Shown here: piece after piece, positions 57,271-64,000 of the stretch | How positions within the stretch are numbered: position 1 is the stretch's first letter | Layout: every line of letters begins with the position of its first letter | Virus record (IMG/VR): IMGVR_UViG_3300046692_000581 | Source of the DNA: an uncultured virus (IMG/VR IMGVR_UViG_3300046692_000581) | Taxonomy: Duplodnaviria > Heunggongvirae > Uroviricota > Caudoviricetes | Strand: one strand, 5' to 3' | DNA: 64,000 nt | Position numbers and translations under genes: made by a program | The notes under the pieces: generated by a model | What the model was told of the DNA's origin: nothing | Database searches by the model: none | What the model saw: the letters and a program-made list of their open reading frames with translations, nothing else

Positions 57271-57623
57271 TTTCCGCGCTCCAGGATATCGCCATCAATT
57301 CCAATGGCGAAAGTGTAGGGGCTTCCATGATATTTGTTGTCTGGTGGGCAGGTGCGGTACGTTACTGAGCCATCAGTATTAACGCGAATTGGGCTCCGCA
57401 AATTTCCACACATCGGGCATGCAAGTTCCGGATAGCCCTTATGCGGATTAATTTTCAGCGTCTCAACATCAAATTTACCGATGCCTGCTGCATCGCCATT
57501 CAGCTTTTTAAGGTTGATGTACTCTCTCACGCCGTTGGCGGCATCATCCCGAAAAACTCGATTACCATTCAGCAGGTGCTGATAAAAAACGAAGTGTGGT
57601 GAATCTGGCGTGATCGGATTCAT
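57267..57623 (-). CDS. zinc-ribbon hypothetical protein
   Basis: CPMCG...C...H. Confidence 0.6.
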   Translation of the reverse strand: MNPITPDSPHFVFYQHLLNGNRVFRDDAANGVREYINLKKLNGDAAGIGKFDVETLKINPHKGYPELACPMCGNLRSPIRVNTDGSVTYRTCPPDNKYHGSPYTFAIGIDGDILERGK

Positions 57624-57779
57624 GGCTTAACCTTGTGGAAATTCGTCGAGGTGATCTGTGCGAGGCATCTATTATATTATCGAAAGATACACATTAAGTC
57701 GACAGTTGTCAATTTTGATGACATATATTATGGTTGAAACTTGGAGTGTGATATAATATCTGTAAAAAGGAGATCCTAC

Positions 57780-58769
57780 ATGAACCAGCCTTGTTTCAAT
57801 CAGGCATTGTTGTGCGCAAGGGTTAAGGACCTGGACGGTCTGAAGCGTGCGCTTGAGCAATTCCCACCAGCTACTCAAGGGCCAAGAAATTTTTACGTAT
57901 CCTCTGTCGTGACGATTGCGATGAGTGAGGGCTGGGCGCAAGGTCTGGATGCCGTATTGAGTATCAAGCCAACAACATTTCCAGCCTCAAATGAGTTTCC
58001 CAACGCCTCGATTCGCGATGCTTTGCCTGCTTTGATGAAATATAACGAACACTCGAACATGAAGCTTGAAGACACACTTGGTGTCTTGGCCAAACATGCG
58101 GGTAATATGGCCCCTACCTTGAAGGCAGACTTGGCCTTTGAAGTAGGCCCTTATATTCCTGAACAGCTGTATGTCAGATGTCGCTCCGTAGGGCTTCTGG
58201 ATGCTTCCAAGACGACAAGCGTCAGCCACCGTCTGACGGGCGCAGGGCAAAGTAATACGGCCCATCCTGAGCGCGTGGCAACCTTTATTGCCGAAATGCC
58301 TGCCGAGACCAAGGCGAAGCTGTACAACGCCTATTTTACCAATGACAAAGTGGTCAAGACATTTTCTACGAGTTTTCTGGCAGGCGTACTGAATGACCCC
58401 GCCTTTTTCGAAGATAAAAACGTCAACGAAAAGAAATTCAAGATTGATAAGGAATTTATCAATGACCCTGATTTTTCCGCAGTCCTTATCAACAAGGGGC
58501 TTCTAGATCAGGATCGTGCTTTTACAGCTTTTTGGCGGAACCCAGGCCATGTGAAATTGGCGAATGAGCTGGTGGCAAATTTGAATAAAGGCACATCAGG
58601 TAGCCTGGACGTACAGAAAAATGAGGGGTGGTTACGTTTGGTCTCTGATTCTTTGTTGTCTTCAACAGATGCCACAACTCGACTCAACGCCGTCAAAGTT
58701 TTCAATCAGCTGAAAACAAATCTTGGTCTGCCAATTCAAGATAATCAGCTGTCACACAAAATTGCCTGA
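57780..58769 (+). CDS. hypothetical protein, paralog of 58821-59645
   Basis: Shared DGL..AL, MxPxLKA..ExGPY, PxRVA..IxEMP..TxA..YN, EKKF. Confidence 0.75.
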   Translation: MNQPCFNQALLCARVKDLDGLKRALEQFPPATQGPRNFYVSSVVTIAMSEGWAQGLDAVLSIKPTTFPASNEFPNASIRDALPALMKYNEHSNMKLEDTLGVLAKHAGNMAPTLKADLAFEVGPYIPEQLYVRCRSVGLLDASKTTSVSHRLTGAGQSNTAHPERVATFIAEMPAETKAKLYNAYFTNDKVVKTFSTSFLAGVLNDPAFFEDKNVNEKKFKIDKEFINDPDFSAVLINKGLLDQDRAFTAFWRNPGHVKLANELVANLNKGTSGSLDVQKNEGWLRLVSDSLLSSTDATTRLNAVKVFNQLKTNLGLPIQDNQLSHKIA

Positions 58770-58820
58770 TCCATAGGCTTTAGATTCTACCGACACAACG
58801 TAAGTATTTTAAACAGAGGG

Positions 58821-59645
58821 ATGTATATGTCAGGGATACCAAATATGCCGATTTTCAATGCGGAAGTCAGTGCAGAAAACAGAAACATGGATGGTCTTTA
58901 CGAAGCATTGAAAGGCATTGATTCATTGCCGGAACACGATAAATCGGCAGCAGTCTCGGGCCTAGTTCAAACGGCAATGATGGGCAAGTGGGTTGAGGGT
59001 GTTGCAGTGCTCCTTAACGTAAAGGGGGCTGCTTTTCCTGCGGAGAGTATTCGTGACGGCTTGGATAGTTTTGTCACCCCGTACAATGAGGCAAGGGGAG
59101 AAGATTTGTTGAGGGTGCTTTCGTATCACCAGAACAAAATGCCGCCTTCATTGAAGGCCGAAATCGGCATTGAGTTTGGTCCTTACATGAGCAAATCTAA
59201 CTGGGATCGGCACCGCGCAAGTGGCTTGATCAGCGCTGTGGATAATGAAAAAACCACTTTCAGAATGCACGGTGCTACGCCACTACAGGGAGCGTTGGCG
59301 CCAAGCCGCGTCGCCGAACTGATTATGGAGATGCCTGAAAAAACACGCGCCCAAATTTATAATCGACAGTTGACGGCGGGCATTACAGGCGTTGCCCGTG
59401 AAGTGGGGCACTTTTCGGCTGAGTTCATGGCTAAGATCATGAAGGATGACGTCCTTTTCAATAATGACATGACTACTGAGAAGAAGTTTGTAGTCAACGC
59501 CAATCATTTAAAAAACCCGGAGTTTTTCATTGCCGCAGAAGAGCGTGGGATGCTGTCGGAAAAGGACAAGATCTTGACTAAAGGTCCTGGGCCGACGATG
59601 CGAAATGATTCAGGAATTAAATCAATGTTGGGCCTAGGTTGTTAA
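58821..59645 (+). CDS. hypothetical protein, paralog of 57780-58769
   Basis: Tandem paralog. Confidence 0.75.
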   Translation: MYMSGIPNMPIFNAEVSAENRNMDGLYEALKGIDSLPEHDKSAAVSGLVQTAMMGKWVEGVAVLLNVKGAAFPAESIRDGLDSFVTPYNEARGEDLLRVLSYHQNKMPPSLKAEIGIEFGPYMSKSNWDRHRASGLISAVDNEKTTFRMHGATPLQGALAPSRVAELIMEMPEKTRAQIYNRQLTAGITGVAREVGHFSAEFMAKIMKDDVLFNNDMTTEKKFVVNANHLKNPEFFIAAEERGMLSEKDKILTKGPGPTMRNDSGIKSMLGLGC

Positions 59646-59670
59646 CGGCCCATGTGTTTTATTTTAGATG

Positions 59671-59817
59671 AAAAAATAAAGCCTCCGAAGTGGAGGCTTT
59701 ATTCGTTTTACGTTACAGATCTAATCTTTGGCAAGTTTCCCTGCGTATCCTGCTCACGGGCTAGGGGTGTTTCCACCGATATCGCAGACCCCTTTCGGGT
59801 CTCAGTTTCTGCGACAA
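59671..59817 (-). ncRNA. candidate sRNA with three GAAA tetraloop hairpins
   Basis: Promoter TTGCAA-N17-TATCAT (59850-59822); terminator AAAGCCTCC/GGAGGCTTT. Confidence 0.55.
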
Positions 59818-59853
59818 CTGGATGATAAGTATGGCGCTAAGAATTTGCAATTA

Positions 59854-60390
59854 CTAGTTAACAGATTCCGGGGCTTTAAATACTTCGGAAGCGGCCTTGT
59901 AGCTTTTATACAGCTCGTTTGGCGACGTTTCTTTCAGGTGATTGAGAATATGACTTCTGACTTGCTCGTCGGAAAGTTTACCCGGTCCTTCAACCAAAAG
60001 CGCTTTCGCGCAAAAGCCCAGGTGCTTGTCTTCCCAGTCCGCGATAATGATGTGAAGCGCTGGAGAAGCGTGCTTCTCTATGGGGGACTCCCAGATATTG
60101 GAAAGTTTGATCAAATTGACAAAAGAAAAGACCAAAAACTGCTGGCATACGCCTTTCAAAGCTTTTGCAGAATCAGTTTCATTGGTGAGTGCATCGTAAT
60201 GAGCTGCTAGTTTTTCAACCAACTTAACAGGCTCAATATGACCAAATTTTTCACGAACTTCGTTACCAATTCTATGGTGAATTCGTTCATTTCCTTTGGT
60301 GTAAGCTTCGTAATTAAACTTAAGCTTCAGGCGCATGCCGGTCGGAACTGAATGGTTGTACATGAACACGTTTTCGCAAACCAGGGACAT
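59854..60390 (-). CDS. hypothetical protein
   Basis: 178 aa, GGAG SD, TATAAT upstream. Confidence 0.65.
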   Translation of the reverse strand: MSLVCENVFMYNHSVPTGMRLKLKFNYEAYTKGNERIHHRIGNEVREKFGHIEPVKLVEKLAAHYDALTNETDSAKALKGVCQQFLVFSFVNLIKLSNIWESPIEKHASPALHIIIADWEDKHLGFCAKALLVEGPGKLSDEQVRSHILNHLKETSPNELYKSYKAASEVFKAPESVN

Positions 60391-60533
60391 TGACTAGACT
60401 CCGTAACTGAGGGGTCTATTATAGTGTGCCGGGTGAAAATGCCAAGTCAGTTGAGGAAAAGTGCCGGTTTAGACGTTTCGGTCGATGCCGAACTCAATGA
60501 AAGGAGCCCCTATTTTGGGGCTCCTTTTTCTCA

Positions 60534-61130
60534 TTAGATTAGACCTCGATAGGTCAAACTGACTCGGCCCTCACACTCTTGAGAGTGTTTTGGAATTCGA
60601 TGCAAGTGAGTTTGTTGCATCCCAGGAGGCATATAAAAGAGCGAGCCGCTTTCCAACAAGATTTTTTGCGGTTCAGCCTTGTGGTCTTTAATGCCCATCC
60701 GCTCCAGATAATCTGGTCGAGGTTTTATCCAGATCTCTCGCTTTGCACCAAAGCTGTAGACCAAAATAGGTCGTTTAGGATCAATCGAGGGGCTGTCATC
60801 TGCATGCCATCCCAAGTGCTGACGAGGTCCCTCATAGCCATTGCAAAAGCAAGCTTCAAAGCGACTGCCAAACTCAGCTTCAGCCTGCAATTTAATGTCC
60901 CTAACGATTTTGTTCCACTCGGCCAGTGGCGAGACGGGAAAATACTGACGCTCCCCTCGCCCGCTGCCATAGGTATAAGGCAGTCCGGACTCGTTATAGA
61001 ATGCTTCCCGGCGCGGCGCATCCTCCCGCTGCTCCCAATGGAGTTGTGTCCAGAGATGCTGAAAAACAGCCCCTGGGTTTTCAACTGCATTGGGGCGGTA
61101 AAACATGCCGGTGACGATTGCCGGATCCAT
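60534..61130 (-). CDS. AlkB-family (ALKBH2/3-like) 2OG-Fe(II) dioxygenase
   Basis: PRRE, YTYG, CFCNGY, LGWHADD, SFGAKR, HRIPK, RVSLTYR. Confidence 0.9.
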   Translation of the reverse strand: MDPAIVTGMFYRPNAVENPGAVFQHLWTQLHWEQREDAPRREAFYNESGLPYTYGSGRGERQYFPVSPLAEWNKIVRDIKLQAEAEFGSRFEACFCNGYEGPRQHLGWHADDSPSIDPKRPILVYSFGAKREIWIKPRPDYLERMGIKDHKAEPQKILLESGSLFYMPPGMQQTHLHRIPKHSQECEGRVSLTYRGLI

Positions 61131-61156
61131 GGTGCATTCCTTTTGGGGTTGGTGGT

Positions 61157-61363
61157 TTACAAATAATCTTTTTGAGTCCAATTGCCGCTTTTCAGAGCAA
61201 CGACAGCTTGTTCTTCTGTATTGAAATACTCAAGCGATTCACGGCTTACAGGACCGGATGAGTCGGCAGTGCCAATGTAGAATCCCCTGCCACTTTGCAG
61301 GACTTCAATGTGAAGTCTATATCCCGCTTCCAGAGCGAGGACGCCAAATTTTGTAGGTGACAT
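61157..61363 (-). CDS. conserved MGE hypothetical protein
   Basis: EVLQSGRGFYIGT...GPVSRESLEYF...AL.SGNWTQ. Confidence 0.75.
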   Translation of the reverse strand: MSPTKFGVLALEAGYRLHIEVLQSGRGFYIGTADSSGPVSRESLEYFNTEEQAVVALKSGNWTQKDYL

Positions 61364-61591
61364 TGTGCTTACTCCAATTCAATTGCATTTATTATCTAGC
61401 AAGAAATTTATTTTGTCAATGCAGCTATCATTCGTTATTTTTTGATGGCGTTAGGTATGGCGGAACATTAATTATTTATCGTCGCCTGGGTACTTGTCAG
61501 GCTTGAAACTGCCCCACAAGAATCTTTTCTTTTTGACGCATTAACAATTGGCGTCTAGCATTAATCGATCATCGATAACCAATCTGAAGGT

Positions 61592-62205
61592 ATGAAAATG
61601 TCAACTAAAACTATCGTGTTGATCCGAGTTGAACCAGATTTTTCGGATGTGGAGCGCGTACGGTGGAGACGTACCGAGTGAATGTGCCAGATTTGAAATT
61701 TGGTGAGCTTAAGGACTTTTTTGATCAAAATGTGTGCGCTGGGTGCAAGGTAGACTTGAGAATTGCAAACGACTATTTGGATGTTGGCAGCGTAGAGTTT
61801 TCAAAGATTACAGGCCAGCTCATGGAGGGCCTGCTCGCATACTGTGCGAAAGTAGTAAAAGACTCGCCGCCGATGCGAGGCCAAGCAAAGGTTATTGATG
61901 TTTCAAAAGGTTGGAGCGAGGACTTCATCATTCCTGAGCGCCATAATGCGCCACCTCCAGCCGTAATTTTCTTGGAAGCCAGCGCTTCAAGCATCATCAA
62001 CCTTGGACTTTGGATCAATGAGCTTCAAAATCTGTTGGGTGATTCCGAGAAGGGTGTGGAAATGAATTCGGACCTCAATAAATTCCTGCAAAAGTTTTTC
62101 GGTATGCCGTTCAAGCCATGTGCAATGGTCTCTCATCAGTCTTCAGCCACGCCTTCTGATCTTAAAAAGGCTTTAGGTAGAACGATTTTGGGATCAAATT
62201 TTTAG
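61592..62205 (+). CDS. hypothetical protein, possibly frameshifted near 61649-61663
   Basis: ATG 61592 frame stops; the main frame starts at GTG 61663 after an imperfect 14-nt duplication. Confidence 0.5.
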
Positions 62206-62239
62206 ATTTTTGCTGGCGCCTTTCATGCATTGAAAGGCG

Positions 62240-62410
62240 TCACGATTTCACTGTGTTAGTTCTTGAAGCTGATGGGCAATCAAACTCGGTGTTGGATCGA
62301 CAAGGGTGTCTGGCCGTGGTGCCGGGCTTATAGCGTTCTACATGCAGCATGGACATTGGATGCCCTTTGTTCTTTATCAGGACTTGTGCAACATGTCCTA
62401 TCAAGTCGCC
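62240..62410 (-). pseudogene. 3' remnant of an M23-peptidase-like gene interrupted by the IS
   Basis: GDLIGHVAQVL...SMLHVERY, then LVDPTPSL in another frame. Confidence 0.55.
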
Positions 62411-64000
62411 GTTCCTTAAAACTTGTTCAAACCTACTCATGTCTGAACAGACGCCACCCGAACGCGCTTTGGTGGCTTGATGCAACACGCTAGAACGGAA
62501 TCGTTCGACAGGCCCCTGACGTGGCGAGAACGCATTCTCGTACGCGGGAGGCCTGCATCCAGGCGTGTTTCACCCATGTCGCATAGTGCACACTCAGCTT
62601 TTTTAGGCACTGTTCACCTGTTCTGGCATCCGCTGGTGCCACAAAAGTCAATGTCTGCTGACGCACACGGCACGGGCTTGAGCGCGGAACGCGCTCCTTA
62701 AGTCCCATGCCACGACGACCAATCACCCAGGCCGCAGCCTGATGAGTATTAAAATCGGTGTCCCGGTTGTATTTCAGCTTGCCGAGCAAGCTGGTGTAGG
62801 CCGGGTTGACTTGCACCAAGGCCACGCCCTGCTTGAGGCACTGCATGGTCAGGCTTTGGCGAAACAGTCGGTAGCTCAGGCTGCTGAGCATGGCGTTGTA
62901 GCGCGCCTGACCCTGCTCACCTTTTTGCAGCGAGGATTTCTTTCGCGCAAAATCCAGTGATTCGATGACGATTGGTTTTTGTTCGGCGTTGGCCTGATCA
63001 ACGATTTGAATGGCCAAGGCTTGCATCGCGGTTTTGTTCTGCCGGGAAGTGGCCTGAAGGCGTGCATAAGGCCTGTCCACCAGCGACTGCTTGTGGCCCG
63101 AAGGATTCAGGTTTGCCACCGACACGAACCCCGCATTGAAGTCGATGCCGAGCGCGCCCTTACTGAAGTCGGCGTCTGTGGCCTCAAACGGCACGCTGGT
63201 GCTGATCAGCACGCGCCAGCCTTTGCGGTCGCGCACGAAGCGGTAACTCAGGGCTTGGCCCAGTCCTTCAAGAAACTCGGATTCCTTGACCGAAGCGTCA
63301 AGTTCACCGGATTTTTTCTGCGCCAAAAAAGCTTTCTTACGTTCACTACGAAGCTGTTGGCGCGCATGCGCCTGTTCGATCACGTGGCCCTGATAAGAGA
63401 AGCTGATGCCGTCCAGATAGGCGTATTTGCCATGCTCGGCGATCAAGGCTTCGGGCAAGCGCACTTGCAACAGCCACGTACCGTTTTCACCGGGCAGCAG
63501 TACGCAGCCTTGACAGCCGCCGTTTTCATCGCTGGAGCCGAGCACGAAAAATTGATTGGAGCGTGAAGCCTGCCAGTCGTTTTTCCAGGCCTGATGATCC
63601 GCGTAGTCGTTTTTGGCCAAGTGATGTTGCGCGTTGAACAGCCGCTTGGAGCCGAAGCAAATTGCAGTGGTTTTACTCTTGATGCGTTCAGCCAGCTGCT
63701 TGGCTTCACTATGCAGATGCTGGATCTTGCTGCGCATCCCTGGCAGGGAGCGCCAGAGTTTTTGAGCACGGTCCTTTTGACCTTTCGCATCCAGCACCTG
63801 AGCCTTTTCGCGGTTGGCGATCAGGCGCTTTTCCAGGCGCTCAGCTTTCTGCTGGGCTTGCGTCAGGTAGCCGGGCAGGTTGCCGATCTGCGACTGCACC
63901 ATGCCTTCAACACTGACCTTCACGGCGTTAAACTGCCGTGCCGTCAGGCCATGCTCGCGAGAAAACACGGGCTTCTTGGGCGCCTCGCCCTTTTTTGCGG
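62409..64000 (-). mobile_element. TnpB-encoding insertion sequence (IS607/IS605-like); right end at ~62409, left part outside the window
   Basis: Visibly higher GC than the flanks; tnpB followed by two hairpins and terminal AAGGAACGG. Confidence 0.75.
62490..64000 (-). CDS. tnpB: TnpB-related RuvC protein, 5'-truncated by the window edge
   Basis: ICFGSKRLF, ALGIDFN (RuvC-I), IVIESLDF (RuvC-II), VNPAYTS, HQAAAWVIGRRG; frame open to 64000. Confidence 0.88.
   Translation of the reverse strand, partial: AKKGEAPKKPVFSREHGLTARQFNAVKVSVEGMVQSQIGNLPGYLTQAQQKAERLEKRLIANREKAQVLDAKGQKDRAQKLWRSLPGMRSKIQHLHSEAKQLAERIKSKTTAICFGSKRLFNAQHHLAKNDYADHQAWKNDWQASRSNQFFVLGSSDENGGCQGCVLLPGENGTWLLQVRLPEALIAEHGKYAYLDGISFSYQGHVIEQAHARQQLRSERKKAFLAQKKSGELDASVKESEFLEGLGQALSYRFVRDRKGWRVLISTSVPFEATDADFSKGALGIDFNAGFVSVANLNPSGHKQSLVDRPYARLQATSRQNKTAMQALAIQIVDQANAEQKPIVIESLDFARKKSSLQKGEQGQARYNAMLSSLSYRLFRQSLTMQCLKQGVALVQVNPAYTSLLGKLKYNRDTDFNTHQAAAWVIGRRGMGLKERVPRSSPCRVRQQTLTFVAPADARTGEQCLKKLSVHYATWVKHAWMQASRVRECVLATSGACRTIPF

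Noticed and set aside
59728..59817. Hammerhead ribozyme or c-di-GMP riboswitch
   Set aside because: The CUGAnGA/GAAA/UH and GEMM core arrangements are not satisfied
62240..62488. 82-aa ORF as a real gene, or an IStron
   Set aside because: It is a chimera of the IS right end and a frameshifted peptidase remnant; no group I intron core is visible in the window

Overview
A roughly 45% GC, gene-dense stretch that looks like the accessory region of a very large plasmid or a jumbo-phage-like replicon of a Gammaproteobacterium. A SutA-like gene and RsmA-type GGA hairpins hint at Pseudomonas. No capsid, tail, replication or conjugation core genes are visible. Most genes are short minus-strand hypotheticals, each behind a near-consensus sigma70 promoter (TTGACA-N17-TATAAT-like). 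Recognisable cargo includes five tRNAs (Thr-UGU, Ser-UGA, CAU, 2x Gly-UCC), a metallophosphoesterase, two PPP/NinI-like phosphatases, a DEDDh exonuclease, Orn, a Ham1 ITPase, two AlkB-family dioxygenases, an OafA-type acyltransferase, ChaA, an Mrr-like nuclease, HigA, WYL, XRE and LexA-HTH regulators, and a Lon-like AAA+ ATPase. There is also a secreted protein with seven Cys/Trp repeats and, at the right edge, a TnpB-encoding IS inserted in an M23-peptidase-like gene. The most striking feature is a set of apparently non-coding, highly base-paired units, several with their own promoter and terminator. The largest is a ~765-nt ornate RNA (5442-6205) next to the tRNA cluster; others lie at about 0.65-1.0, 1.9, 3.7, 15.5, 21.1, 35.5 and 59.7 kb. 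An unannotated 50-aa ArfA-like ORF carries a terminator-like hairpin before its stop codon. All calls come from reading the sequence by eye; no searches or folding programs were run.
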